From assembly GCA_041751535.1 (NCBI GenBank), contig JBGSXJ010000083.1, positions 1-61,679 of the forward strand: 61,679 nucleotides of DNA. The letters run 5' to 3'. The notes under the pieces were generated by a model, which saw nothing but the letters and a program-made list of their open reading frames with translations, was not told the DNA's origin and made no database searches. Below, piece after piece: positions 1 to 10,264 of the stretch (its first letter is position 1; each line of letters begins with the position of its first letter). Source of the stretch: Aquaticitalea sp. Lineage in GTDB: Bacteria > Bacteroidota > Bacteroidia > Flavobacteriales > Flavobacteriaceae. The translations under genes and the position numbers were made by a program.

Positions 1-40
1 ATGGCGAAGAAATAAAGAGATAAATCTTTGTTAAAATTGT

Positions 41-68
41 AAGACCCAATGTAATGTTGGGTCTTTTT
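41..68 (+). terminator. Rho-independent terminator-like hairpin of a gene ending near the window start
   Basis: AAGACCCAA(41-49)/TTGGGTCTT(57-65) inverted repeat followed by a T run. Confidence 0.6.
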
Positions 69-218
69 AAGTTTATACAATTTCTAGCTGGGTACGATAC
101 TAAAAAACAAATAATCCAAACAGAAATATTGGGTTTCTAAATTGGAGTCAAAAGAATGAAAACATTTCGCTTTTAAATTATCTGTATTCAAATCAAATAC
201 ATTTGGCCTTCAATTATT

Positions 219-563
219 TTATTCTCTAGGATCGATGGCTCCAATGCTGGGAACATCGTTAATTGGATTTCCAAGAATGTCTTCTTTTAGATTTAGCGAC
301 TGGATTAATCCAGTTTTATCATTTGGTAATAATTCAATGATGAGTCCCTTGTTTTTTATGAGCACCAAATTACTTGGCAGGTAATCGATGGCCTTTAGGC
401 CGCCAGCGAATGCAAACTTTGGATCACCAAATACTGGGGAACTATCCACTATTCCGACGTTCTCAAGCCAATTATTCCGATGCAGAAATAAATTATTTTT
501 GAAAAGAACATGTTCTGCTACATCTCCCGTTTTTGAATCTGGTTTATATTGATCTCCCAAAAA
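219..563 (-). pseudogene. 3' remnant of a secreted right-handed beta-helix (polysaccharide lyase-like) protein
   Basis: LGDQYKPD..VLFKNNLFL..GDPKF..DILGNPI..PSIGAID resembles C-termini of Bacteroidota beta-helix proteins; the ORF's N-terminal part is just the antisense of the fragment at 561-776. Confidence 0.55.
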
Positions 564-776
564 TGGCCACATTGGACTATGGTTAGGGATATTCAGATGA
601 AAGTTGGAGAATCTAATCCCAGATTTGGTTGGATAAATACAGACGACCTCAATGATGGAAAGGATAAGAATGGCAAAGATATCATAAACAATTTGCATAT
701 GTCTGAAGAAGGATATAGAATTATGGGTGAACGTTTTGCAGAAAAGGCAATACAGTTGATTAGGGAAAACGACTAA
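561..776 (+). pseudogene. 3' remnant of a sialate O-acetylesterase/SASA (SGNH) family protein
   Basis: W..VR..Q...WINTDDLNDG...LHMSEEGY..MGERFAEKAI matches the catalytic-His end of SASA esterases; the N-terminal catalytic-Ser block is absent. Confidence 0.65.
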
Positions 777-802
777 TGATATATTAAAAGTTTTTAATTT
801 AG

Positions 803-1906
803 CTATTGCTCTTTAGAAAGCATTTCTATAGTTGCAACGGTCCTAAATCCTGTGTGGTCTGATCCACTGTCTGGACTCATTCCCATTTTGGCCGAAATTC
901 TATAACTTGCACAATAAGAAGCATTGCATAAAAATGACCCACCTTTAATTATACGTTCTTGTATGTAAGGATTATCTGGGTTATAGGCCTTCGTTGCTCC
1001 TTTAGGATTTGTTGGTTTGCTGCTGTCTTTTAAAGATTGGTAGTAATTTATATTAAAATAATCGCTCGTCATTTCCCAAACGTTACCTGACATATCGTAA
1101 ATGCCTATAGAGTTGGGTTCATAGGATTTTACTGGTGCAAGGTACTCAAATCCATCCACTGGTTTGTTCAAGGTTGGAAAAGTCCCTTGCCAAGTATTTG
1201 CCATTTTATTTAATGATTCAGGGTTGTTTCCCCAAGTAAAAATGGCATCTTCGTTATTGCCTTGCGCTGCTGCTTCCCATTCTGCTTCTGTTGGTAATCT
1301 TCTATTAGCCCAATTACAATACGCTAATGCATCTTCATAAGCCACATGTACCACAGGATAATTGTCTTGTCCATCAATAGTGGATTCAGGACCTTGAGGG
1401 TGTTTCCAATTGGCACCGATTTTCCAAGTCCACCATTGTCCATAATTGTGCATATCAGCAATGGCATTAACATTTTTATTAAAAATTAAACTACCTGGTT
1501 GTAAAACGGAATCTTGGGGTTTTGGGGTGCCCTCTGGTAATTCTTTTTTCATTACCTCCCAGTCTATAGGGCGTTCTGCAACGGTAACATACCCAGTGGC
1601 GTCAACAAATGCTTTAAAATGTTCGTTTGTGACCTCTGTGGCATCGATAAAAAAGCCATCAACAGTTACTTGGTGTGCTGGTTTTTCTCTAGGCATTGCA
1701 TAGCTGTCACTTTCTTTTGCTCCTTGTAAAAATGTCTTACCTTCTACCCAAACCATGTTGTCTGGCGCCTGAACTTTTGTTGGCTTCTCAACTGTTTTAT
1801 TTTCATTCTTACAGGCAGTAAAAATGAATATGAATACTATTAAAGAAGTTAGTAGATTGGTGTTAGTCTTTAATTTATAAATACTATTTTGAGCTGCTTC
1901 GAGCAT
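803..1906 (-). CDS. Formylglycine-generating enzyme (FGE-sulfatase/SUMF1) family lipoprotein
   Basis: Lipobox FTAC; motifs EVTN..F..FV..TGY.T.AE, RLPTEAEWE, GIYDMSGNVWE, KGGSFLC...YC..YR with both active-site Cys; exact start uncertain. Confidence 0.9.
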   Translation of the reverse strand: MLEAAQNSIYKLKTNTNLLTSLIVFIFIFTACKNENKTVEKPTKVQAPDNMVWVEGKTFLQGAKESDSYAMPREKPAHQVTVDGFFIDATEVTNEHFKAFVDATGYVTVAERPIDWEVMKKELPEGTPKPQDSVLQPGSLIFNKNVNAIADMHNYGQWWTWKIGANWKHPQGPESTIDGQDNYPVVHVAYEDALAYCNWANRRLPTEAEWEAAAQGNNEDAIFTWGNNPESLNKMANTWQGTFPTLNKPVDGFEYLAPVKSYEPNSIGIYDMSGNVWEMTSDYFNINYYQSLKDSSKPTNPKGATKAYNPDNPYIQERIIKGGSFLCNASYCASYRISAKMGMSPDSGSDHTGFRTVATIEMLSKEQ

Positions 1907-2093
1907 TTAACTATGATTTAATTACAAATTTAAAGGATAACTAATAGAGATTGATAATTATTGGTTTTTGTTGGATAGCCATTTTTAGTTGAATTCCCAA
2001 TCAGGTTTAATATGAGTTTTGCAGATGCAATTCCTATTTTTTGCTGGCATTTTGATTGATAGCAACTATATTTCGGTTTTCTATATAAAACCA

Positions 2094-2122
2094 AAAAACC
2101 CAATCATAATGATCGGGTTTTT
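2094..2122 (-). terminator. Terminator after tRNA-Phe
   Basis: AAAAACCCAATCAT/ATGATCGGGTTTTT imperfect hairpin immediately 3' of the tRNA. Confidence 0.7.
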
Positions 2123-2126
2123 AAAG

Positions 2127-2199
2127 TGGTACCTCCAGGAATCGAACCAGGGACACAAGGATTTTCAGTCCTTTGCTCTACCAACTGAGCTAAGGTACC
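2127..2199 (-). tRNA. tRNA-Phe (GAA)
   Basis: Reverse complement GGTACCTTAGCTCAGTTGGTAGAGCAAAGGACTGAAAATCCTTGTGTCCCTGGTTCGATTCCTGGAGGTACCA gives a 73-nt cloverleaf with anticodon GAA; full CCA not encoded. Confidence 0.98.
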
Positions 2200-2218
2200 A
2201 GTCGCTCAAATGCGGATG

Positions 2219-2250
2219 CAAATATATATTCATTTTTATTATTCACAAAA
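2219..2250 (-). promoter_or_regulatory. Bacteroidota housekeeping promoter for tRNA-Phe
   Basis: -7 element TATATTTG (2226-2219) with an upstream TTTG (-33-like). Confidence 0.75.
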
Positions 2251-2301
2251 CTAAATTATATAAAAATTCCTTTTTGTAAATTTACACCTTTTATTTTTCA
2301 C

Positions 2302-3030
2302 ATGAACCTTATCATAGACGTTGGTAATTCCCTTGTTAAGTTTGCTGTTTTTCAGCAAGGTATGCTTATAGATAGAGAAGCTGTTGACAGTAATAGTAGT
2401 CTAAAATCTTTTCACGCAATTCTAAAAAAACACAAAGAAATCCAACGTACAATCATTTCTTCAGTAGGTCGCTTAAATCCTTCTGTATTAGAAGAGATAC
2501 AATCGCAAACCGATGTTTTGATTTTAAATCCGAATAGTAAACTTCCATTTATAAATTTGTACAAAACTCCCCAAACTCTTGGTATTGATCGCATTGCTTT
2601 AGTGAGTGCGGCAGTGAAACAGTATCCAAATAAGAATGTTTTGATAATTGATGCGGGCACTTGCATTACATTCGATTTTATCACATCTAACAACGAGTAT
2701 TTGGGCGGTGCCATTTCCCCAGGAATCAGGATGCGCTATAAGTCCATTAATACGCTCACAGCAAATTTACCGTTATTAGATACTGAGATGCCACATCAAA
2801 TTATCGGAAACACAACAACTAGTGCTATTCATTCTGGCATCGTATTTGGAATTTTAAAAGAAATTGATGGAATTATCGATGCATATCAAAAGGATTATGC
2901 AGATTTAACAGTTATTTTAACAGGTGGTGACGCCGATTTCTTGTCAAAACAATTAAAAAATAGCATATTTGCCAACTCAAATTTTCTTCTGGAAGGTTTG
3001 AACTTTATTTTAGAATCTAATTCACACTAA
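2302..3030 (+). CDS. coaX: Type III pantothenate kinase
   Basis: IDVGNS, Y.TP.TLG.DR, IIDAGTCIT.D, YLGGAISPG, LTGGD motifs. Confidence 0.96.
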   Translation: MNLIIDVGNSLVKFAVFQQGMLIDREAVDSNSSLKSFHAILKKHKEIQRTIISSVGRLNPSVLEEIQSQTDVLILNPNSKLPFINLYKTPQTLGIDRIALVSAAVKQYPNKNVLIIDAGTCITFDFITSNNEYLGGAISPGIRMRYKSINTLTANLPLLDTEMPHQIIGNTTTSAIHSGIVFGILKEIDGIIDAYQKDYADLTVILTGGDADFLSKQLKNSIFANSNFLLEGLNFILESNSH

Positions 3031-4343
3031 TGATCAAAAAACTTATTATAGTTTTAATCGCTGTTTTTGCATATCAGTCTCATGCACAAGAAGGTACAGC
3101 ATCTCCTTACTCTTTTTACGGAATTGGTAGCTTAAAATTTAAAGGCACCGTCGAAAACAGAAGCATGGGTGGCCTGAGTATTTTCATGGACAGTATACAC
3201 ATGAACTTGAGAAATCCTGCCAGTTATGTGGGGCCTAATGTAAAAGGTATTCCTTTTGATGGAGAAAGCAGACCAGTTAAATTTACCTTAGGGGCAAGCT
3301 ATAGCAGCTTGAATTTAAAAAGTGAATCAAATAGCGATAAGGCAAGCACAACAACCTTTGATTATTTTGGAGTGTCGTTGCCGATTGGAAAATTTGGTTT
3401 GGGATTTGGTTTGTTGCCATACACGTCTGTTGGGTACAAATTGGAATCTTCAAATGAAGCAGGGCAAACTTCCAATCGCTACAGGGGAGAAGGCGGCGTC
3501 AATAAAGCCTTTATTGGTTTGGGTTACAAGATTACAGAATCGTTGAGTATAGGTGTGGACGCCAATTATAATTTTGGAAATATCCAAAACAGCTCCATCG
3601 CTTTAATTTATGACGAACAAGGTGACTTAATACAATATCAATCAAGAGAAAATAACCGATCAGACTTAAGCGGTCTAAATTTCAACCTTGGGTTGAGTTA
3701 CAGAACCATGTTGACAGACAAATTGGAACTTCAATCAGGGCTTACCTATACACCTAAAAGTGGCATTTCATCCAACAACACAAGATCTTTTTCTACCGTT
3801 GTCCTTAATGCATCCACAGGGCAAGAATTTGTCATTAATACAATTGATTCCGATCTAGAAGGTCAGAATTTAAAAACAACCGATCTGACCATGCCATCGA
3901 GAATCTCATTTGGCGCAGGGATTGGGGCGCCGCAAAAATGGTTTGTTGGCACAGAAATTACTTTGCAAAATACGAGTGAATTTTCCAATCCAATTTTTGA
4001 TATCTCAAATGCAAAATTTGTAAATGGTACAACCATCGCTTTCGGAGGATTTTATTTACCAGAGTATGATTCGTTCTCAAAATACTGGAAAAGAATTGTT
4101 TATAGAGCTGGAGTGCATTTTGAAAATACCGGTCTAGAAATAAATAACGAAACCATCAACGAGTTTGGCATGTCTTTTGGATTAGGAATACCAATTGGAG
4201 GCTTTTTATCAAATGCTAACATAGGACTGGAGGTTGGTAAAAGAGGAACCACTAACCAGAATTTAATTCAGGAGAATTTTGTAAATCTTCAATTTAGTCT
4301 ATCTTTAAATGATAGATGGTTCCAAAAAAGAAAATATGATTAA
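3030..4343 (+). CDS. Outer-membrane beta-barrel protein (FadL/long-chain fatty acid transporter-like)
   Basis: Signal peptide, SPYS.YGIG, MGG..NPAS N-terminal plug motif, alternating beta strands, ends WF.KRKYD; overlaps the coaX stop. Confidence 0.7.
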   Translation: MIKKLIIVLIAVFAYQSHAQEGTASPYSFYGIGSLKFKGTVENRSMGGLSIFMDSIHMNLRNPASYVGPNVKGIPFDGESRPVKFTLGASYSSLNLKSESNSDKASTTTFDYFGVSLPIGKFGLGFGLLPYTSVGYKLESSNEAGQTSNRYRGEGGVNKAFIGLGYKITESLSIGVDANYNFGNIQNSSIALIYDEQGDLIQYQSRENNRSDLSGLNFNLGLSYRTMLTDKLELQSGLTYTPKSGISSNNTRSFSTVVLNASTGQEFVINTIDSDLEGQNLKTTDLTMPSRISFGAGIGAPQKWFVGTEITLQNTSEFSNPIFDISNAKFVNGTTIAFGGFYLPEYDSFSKYWKRIVYRAGVHFENTGLEINNETINEFGMSFGLGIPIGGFLSNANIGLEVGKRGTTNQNLIQENFVNLQFSLSLNDRWFQKRKYD

Positions 4344-4362
4344 CCGTTTAATGAACAACACG

Positions 4363-5745
4363 ATGAAAACAAGAATTATTTTAGTAGTTGCGGCTCTTTT
4401 GTTAAGTTTTAACTACAGTTTTGCTCAACAAGATGAAGAGTGCATGACTAACTTAACCATTTTTACTGATTATTATAAAAGTAAAAAGATGAATGAGGCA
4501 TATGAACCATGGATGAAGGTGCGTACCAAATGTCCAAAATTCAATCGTGCCATTTATGTTTATGGCGAAAAAATATTGAAGCACAAAATAGAGAATTCAA
4601 CTGGAGCTGAAAAAGTAGGCTATTTGAACGACCTTATGAAATTGTGGGATGAGGCATTGGTCAATTTCCCATCCAATTATACCAAAGGAGGCATTTTGAG
4701 CGATAAAGGCGAATTGCTTTATGATTTCAAACAAGATTTGAATGCTACCAACAAAAAGATATATGATATGTTGGATAGAGCTTACAAGGAAGATGTTGAA
4801 AATTTCAAAAGTCCAAGAGCTCTTTATATCTATTTTTCTACCGTAGTGGATATGCACGATTCCAAAGAAGTGGAAGTACAATCGGTTTTCAATAAATACG
4901 ATGATGTATCTGAAAAAATTAGCAAAGAAATGGATAATTACACGTTGTTAATGAATCCGTTAGTTGAAAAAGAAGAAGCAGGAACAGCATTGACCAGTAA
5001 GGAAGAGCAGTACAAAGAGTCTTACGAAAGCTATTTGGAAAACTATAGCAACATTTCTGGAAGTATGGACACCAAAATGGGTCAATTGGCAAATTGTGAA
5101 AACTTGATTCCATTGTACAAAAGAGATTTTGAGCAAAACAAATCAAACGCTGAATGGTTGCAACGTTCTGTTAGCAGAATGTATAACAAAGAATGTACTG
5201 ATGACCCTTTATACACAGAATTGGTAAAAGCTTATGACGCAGCCGCACCTTCTGCTGATACCAAATATTTCGTTGCCAACTTGTTGTTTTCTCAAGGAAA
5301 AACTAGTGAGGGTAATAAGTATTTAGATGAAGCTTACGATTTGGAAAAGGATCCATTGAAAAAAGCGAAAAGAGCTTATGATATTGGAAAAAGCTTAAGA
5401 AAGAAAGGTCAATACGGAAGTGCCAGAACTTATTTCCAAAAAGCGTTGAGTTTAAGCCCGTCAATGGGTAGAGCTTATCTAGAAATTGCTCAAATGTATG
5501 CAGCAAGTGCTAATGATTGTGGAACTACAGTATTTAACAAAAGAGCCGTATATTGGTTGGCAGCATCTGAAGCTAGAAAAGCAGCAAAAGTTGATGGTAG
5601 TTTACAATCATATGCTAATCAGTTAGCTGATAGTTATGATGGGAAAGCACCAACAAGAGCCGATATTTTTACCGAAGGAAATGAAGGTCAAACAATCACT
5701 ATTGGATGTTGGATTGGATCTAGCGTGAAAGTGCCAAAATTATAA
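4363..5745 (+). CDS. Periplasmic tetratricopeptide-repeat protein
   Basis: Start moved to MKTRII (signal peptide); helical TPR-like repeats (A..YF.KAL.L.P..G.AY); typical position between the barrel gene and lptC. Confidence 0.8.
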   Translation: MKTRIILVVAALLLSFNYSFAQQDEECMTNLTIFTDYYKSKKMNEAYEPWMKVRTKCPKFNRAIYVYGEKILKHKIENSTGAEKVGYLNDLMKLWDEALVNFPSNYTKGGILSDKGELLYDFKQDLNATNKKIYDMLDRAYKEDVENFKSPRALYIYFSTVVDMHDSKEVEVQSVFNKYDDVSEKISKEMDNYTLLMNPLVEKEEAGTALTSKEEQYKESYESYLENYSNISGSMDTKMGQLANCENLIPLYKRDFEQNKSNAEWLQRSVSRMYNKECTDDPLYTELVKAYDAAAPSADTKYFVANLLFSQGKTSEGNKYLDEAYDLEKDPLKKAKRAYDIGKSLRKKGQYGSARTYFQKALSLSPSMGRAYLEIAQMYAASANDCGTTVFNKRAVYWLAASEARKAAKVDGSLQSYANQLADSYDGKAPTRADIFTEGNEGQTITIGCWIGSSVKVPKL

Positions 5746-6297
5746 ATGAAATTCAAAGACACATATTTTTTAAATATCATAGTCACAACAATCGTTGTGA
5801 CTATGTTTTTTTCATGCAAGGACAACTTTAAGGAAGTGCAGCAAATAGGGGTGCTTCAAAATGAACCCATAGGCGTTGCAGAAAACATCAATTTAAAATA
5901 TACGGATTCAGGTAAGGTAAAGGCTAATTTATTAAGTCCAAAAATGAAGGATTTTTCCAATAGGGATTTTGCGTTTACAGAATTTCCAGATGGCATGAAG
6001 TTATTGCTCTATGATAAAGGTAAAAAGAGTACTATCATTTCTGATTATGCTATTTCCTACAGTGAAACGGATTTGATAGACTTACAAAACAATGTCATTA
6101 TCATTACACAAGATAATGATAGTATTTTTGCAGATCAATTATATTACGACCAAAAAAATGAGCAGATCTTCACAAACGAAGCCTTCCAAATGGTGTCGCC
6201 AACTAAAATCATCACTGGCAAAGGATTTAATTCTGATAAGGATTTTAAAAATTTCGAAGCCTTAGAGGTCACCGGAATTATATATTTAGATGAATAA
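5746..6297 (+). CDS. lptC: LPS export ABC transporter periplasmic protein LptC
   Basis: N-terminal anchor/lipobox, YTDSG, EFP.G, L..NV.I, QLYYDQ, I.GKGF beta-jellyroll pattern. Confidence 0.85.
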   Translation: MKFKDTYFLNIIVTTIVVTMFFSCKDNFKEVQQIGVLQNEPIGVAENINLKYTDSGKVKANLLSPKMKDFSNRDFAFTEFPDGMKLLLYDKGKKSTIISDYAISYSETDLIDLQNNVIIITQDNDSIFADQLYYDQKNEQIFTNEAFQMVSPTKIITGKGFNSDKDFKNFEALEVTGIIYLDE

Positions 6298-6335
6298 ATA
6301 GTTATCTTTGACCAAAATAGTTAACCTTTGCCAAC

Positions 6336-6527
6336 ATGAAGCTTCAAAAATTCTTTCAATACGCTTATTTGTTTTTTGCAATTCTTTTTATTTACGAAGC
6401 CATAGTCAACTGGAATTCCGATAGAAACAGGGCCTATGTTTTGCTTGTCATAGCTGCATTGGCTGTTTTTATGTTTTTCTTTAGAATGCGTTTCGCCAAA
6501 AAAATGGAGGAAAGAAACAAGAAATAG
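6336..6527 (+). CDS. Small two-TM membrane protein
   Basis: 63 aa, two hydrophobic helices and a basic tail; fits the operon spacing; TATCTTTG promoter-like element just upstream. Confidence 0.75.
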   Translation: MKLQKFFQYAYLFFAILFIYEAIVNWNSDRNRAYVLLVIAALAVFMFFFRMRFAKKMEERNKK

Positions 6528-6530
6528 GCC

Positions 6531-7820
6531 ATGGATAGTGTTGTCCTTATCATTGTATTATCGCTCATTTTGTCGGCATTTTTTTCAGGTATGGAGATCG
6601 CCTATGTATCTTCCAATAAGATCCATATCGAAATCGAAAAAAAACAACACGGACTTTTAGCCGTCGTTTTGTCAAAAATCACCGAAAAGCCATCCAAGTT
6701 TATTGCTACAATGCTTATAGGCAATAACATAGCTTTGGTTGTCTACGGATTTTTGATGGGAGATAAACTGGTCGGGTGGTTTCGGTCACTTTTGCCAACT
6801 GAATATGCACTTTTAAACTATCTACTCAATGATTTGAGTTTGCTTTCACAAACCATCATATCTACACTCATTATTCTTATTACTGCCGAATTTTTGCCCA
6901 AAGTGTTTTTTCAGATTTATGCTAATTTATTATTGAAACTATTGGCCATTCCGGCATACATATTTTATTGGTTGTTCTGGTATATATCTGATTTTGTCAT
7001 TTGGATTTCCAATATGGTGTTAAGGTATATATTTAAAGCTGAAGGCGACGATGTGCAGTTGGTTATGACCAAAGTTGAATTGGGCAATTATATCAGCGAA
7101 CAAATGGAGTCTGTAGAAGAGCATGAAGAAGTGGACAGTGAAATACAGATTTTTCAAAACGCACTGGAGTTTTCAGAAGTAAAAGCGCGTGAAGTCATGA
7201 TTCCGCGTACCGAAATTATCGCAGTCGACATTGATGATTCCATCAAGAATTTAAATTCCCTATTCACATCCTCGGGTTTATCAAAAATTGTTGTTTATAA
7301 CGATACCATTGATGATATTATAGGATATATCCATTCTTTTGAACTCTTTAAAAAACCGAAGGATATCAAGTCAATCGTATTACCGGTGGAATTTGTTCCA
7401 GAAACCATGTTGGTAAAAGACGTGTTGAATCTATTGACCAAAAAGCGCAAGAGCATTTCGATAGTTATTGATGAGTATGGCGGCACTTCAGGCATTATTA
7501 CCGTAGAGGATATCGTGGAGGAGTTGGTAGGCGAAATAGAAGATGAACATGATACTGTGGAATTGATTGAAGAAAAAATTGACGCTGACAACTATAAGTT
7601 TTCAGCACGATTGGAAGTAGATTATATCAATGAAACCTATAAACTGAACCTTCCTGAAAGTGATACATATGAAACTCTTGGAGGGCTTATTGTTGATGAA
7701 ACGGAAGGAATCCCAGAAATAAATGACCAGGTCATCATTGAGAATTTTTTGTTTACCATTTTAGAAGTCAGCTCTACAAAGATTGATTTGGTTGCCCTTA
7801 AGATTCTTGAGGATGAATGA
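6531..7820 (+). CDS. Hemolysin-family HlyC/CorC (CNNM-CBS-CorC) transporter
   Basis: SAFFSGMEIA, LIGNN, AEFLPK, REVMIPR, DEYGGTSGI.T.EDIVEELVGEIEDEHD, ETLGG. Confidence 0.93.
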   Translation: MDSVVLIIVLSLILSAFFSGMEIAYVSSNKIHIEIEKKQHGLLAVVLSKITEKPSKFIATMLIGNNIALVVYGFLMGDKLVGWFRSLLPTEYALLNYLLNDLSLLSQTIISTLIILITAEFLPKVFFQIYANLLLKLLAIPAYIFYWLFWYISDFVIWISNMVLRYIFKAEGDDVQLVMTKVELGNYISEQMESVEEHEEVDSEIQIFQNALEFSEVKAREVMIPRTEIIAVDIDDSIKNLNSLFTSSGLSKIVVYNDTIDDIIGYIHSFELFKKPKDIKSIVLPVEFVPETMLVKDVLNLLTKKRKSISIVIDEYGGTSGIITVEDIVEELVGEIEDEHDTVELIEEKIDADNYKFSARLEVDYINETYKLNLPESDTYETLGGLIVDETEGIPEINDQVIIENFLFTILEVSSTKIDLVALKILEDE

Positions 7821-8012
7821 TCCCTTGATTAAGTTCCCTATTTGTAGCAATAAGGCGCTATTTTAAAGTATATTATTATAGCTTTTCGGCTTACTTAACC
7901 ACAAACAACTACACATGGTTCAACATCGCTTAAAAAAACCATATTCTACTTTTATTATTAGATAGAAAATGGTATTTTCGCGCACTTATATTCCATAAAC
8001 ATATACAACAAA

Positions 8013-10160
8013 ATGGCAGTTTTAAATAAAATCAGACAACGTTCACTGTTTTTAATCATAATTATCGCGTTAGCGCTATTCTCATTCGTACTCTCTGATT
8101 TGTTCAGAAATTCCAGTGCCTTTTCAGGTTCACAAGATGTAATAGCCACCATAAATGGTGAGGACATCAACCGTGAAGAGTTTATGGGCAAGGTAGAAAT
8201 GACACAACGCCAATTAGGTCCAAGTGCATCTGCAACGCAAGCGATGAACCGTGTGTGGGATCAAGAAGTCCGCAAAGCTGTATTGCAAAAACAATTTGAA
8301 GAACTTGGACTTACAGTCGAAAAAGATCAAATGCGTGAATTGTTGAAACAAAATCTTTCTGGTATTCCAGATTTTAACAATGAAGCTGGTGTTTTTGACG
8401 AGAATAAACTGAATGAGTTTATTGCCAATTTAAAGGCCATTAGTCCAGATAGAGTGCCCATAGGAAACTCTCTAATCAATTATGCAGAATGGGTTGATAG
8501 CGAGAAATCCATAGCTGTTAGTGGTCAACAACAAGCTTACTTTAACATGATTAAAGCTGGAGTCTCCAGTACTTTGGGTGAAGCAGAAGTAGATTACACG
8601 CTCGAAAACGAAACAGTCGATTTAAGATTCGTTCAAGTGCCTTACACAACCATTTCTGATAGCCTTGTAAAAGTTTCAAAATCTGAAATCTCTGATTACA
8701 TCAAAAAAAATGAGAAAAAATATAAAGTGGAAGCTTCAAGGGATATCACTTTTGTGGAATTTACAGAGTCTGCTTCGCTAGAAGACGAAGACGAAGTAAA
8801 AAACAGCGTTGTTACCTTCCTAGACAATAAAGTGGAATACAATGACGTATCAAAAATGAATGATACAATCGTAGGGTTCCGCAATGCGAATGATGTTGAA
8901 ACCTTTATCAATACCTATTCCGATATCAAATACAACGATTCTTTTGTCAAAAAGGAAAGTTTACCTTCAGGAGTTCAGGACAGTATCGCAAATCTTGCGG
9001 TTGGATCCTATTATGGTCCTTACAAGGATAACGACATGTATAAAATCACCAAATTGATTGCTGAAAAGAACTTACCAGATTCAGTCAAGGCTAGACATAT
9101 TTTGATTCCTTTTATTGGTTCTCGTTCTGCAAATGAAGAAACAATCCAAACGGAAGAGCAAGCCAAGAAAACGGCAGATAGCTTATTGAGCGTCATCAAA
9201 TCGGATCGTAAAAAGTTTGTGAGTTTATTGGATTTCTCAATAGACAAAGTGAGCAATGAAAATGAAGGCGTATTGGATTTTTATGCATACAATGCTATGG
9301 TTCCCGAATTTAGGGATTATACATTTGAAAACAAAAAAGGAGATCTGGGTGTAGTAAAAACCGATTTCGGATTTCATGTTATTGAGATTCTAGACCAAAA
9401 AGGCAGTAGTAGATTGATAAAAGTTGCTACTTTGGCTCAAAAAATTGAACCTTCAGAGCGTACAATCGACGCGGCTTTTAATGAGGTTTCGAATTTTGAA
9501 ATTGCCATTCAGGATAAAGATTTTCAAGAAGTTGCCAAAGCAAAAAATTTACAGGTTAAACCGGTTAACAGTATCAAAGAATTGGACGAAAACCTTCCTG
9601 GATTAGGTAGTCAACGTGCCATCGTACGTTGGGCTTTTGAAGATGGTACCGATGTTGGTGACACCAAACGTTTTTCAATTCCAAGTGGTGGTTATGTAGT
9701 TGTCCAAGTATCTGCTGTTAACAAAAAAGGATTAATGAGCGTTGAAGCTGCATCTGCAACTGTACTGCCTATAATTAAAAAAGAGAAAAAAGCAAAAATG
9801 ATAAGAGAAAAAGTCAAAGGAAATACCGTTGATGAGATTGCGAAAAATCAAAATCAATCTGTCATGACTGCGGCTTCTGTCAATATGAAGAATCCAACCT
9901 TGTCGGGAGCTGGTTTAGAGCCTAAGGTCGTTGGTGCAGCATTCGGATTGAAAGTTGGGGAATCTTCTAAATTGATTGATGGTGATAAAGGCGTATATAT
10001 GGTAACAGTAACCAATAAAACCGAAGCGCCTAAATTAGACAACTATCAGCCTGTCGCCAACAGATTGACCACTACAAGAGTCAATGCGGTACAAGCAAAG
10101 GCCTATGATGCTTTAAAAGAAGCGTCAGATATTGAAGACAACAGAGCAAAATTCTATTAG
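8013..10160 (+). CDS. PpiD/SurA-type parvulin peptidyl-prolyl isomerase chaperone
   Basis: MAVL.KIRQR N-terminal anchor, SurA-N domain, ARHILI and MVPEF..V.T.FG.HVI rotamase motifs, ends IEDNR.KFY. Confidence 0.92.
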   Translation: MAVLNKIRQRSLFLIIIIALALFSFVLSDLFRNSSAFSGSQDVIATINGEDINREEFMGKVEMTQRQLGPSASATQAMNRVWDQEVRKAVLQKQFEELGLTVEKDQMRELLKQNLSGIPDFNNEAGVFDENKLNEFIANLKAISPDRVPIGNSLINYAEWVDSEKSIAVSGQQQAYFNMIKAGVSSTLGEAEVDYTLENETVDLRFVQVPYTTISDSLVKVSKSEISDYIKKNEKKYKVEASRDITFVEFTESASLEDEDEVKNSVVTFLDNKVEYNDVSKMNDTIVGFRNANDVETFINTYSDIKYNDSFVKKESLPSGVQDSIANLAVGSYYGPYKDNDMYKITKLIAEKNLPDSVKARHILIPFIGSRSANEETIQTEEQAKKTADSLLSVIKSDRKKFVSLLDFSIDKVSNENEGVLDFYAYNAMVPEFRDYTFENKKGDLGVVKTDFGFHVIEILDQKGSSRLIKVATLAQKIEPSERTIDAAFNEVSNFEIAIQDKDFQEVAKAKNLQVKPVNSIKELDENLPGLGSQRAIVRWAFEDGTDVGDTKRFSIPSGGYVVVQVSAVNKKGLMSVEAASATVLPIIKKEKKAKMIREKVKGNTVDEIAKNQNQSVMTAASVNMKNPTLSGAGLEPKVVGAAFGLKVGESSKLIDGDKGVYMVTVTNKTEAPKLDNYQPVANRLTTTRVNAVQAKAYDALKEASDIEDNRAKFY

Positions 10161-10181
10161 TATATAATTAAGTTAAGAAAG

Positions 10182-10210
10182 AAAGGTTTCACTGATGTGG
10201 AACCTTTTTT
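10182..10210 (+). terminator. Rho-independent terminator
   Basis: AAAGGTTTCAC-TGAT-GTGGAACCTTT followed by a T run. Confidence 0.8.
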
Positions 10211-10264
10211 GTATGGGATTATATTGTATCTTCATTGTTTATATCATTCTATTAGTTTCATCTT

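Noticed and set aside
2019-2279. 86-aa plus-strand ORF
   Set aside because: It is the antisense of tRNA-Phe with its promoter and terminator
6531-7820. 'Hemolysin' as a virulence toxin
   Set aside because: It has CNNM/CBS/CorC transporter architecture in a core envelope operon; the name is a legacy annotation
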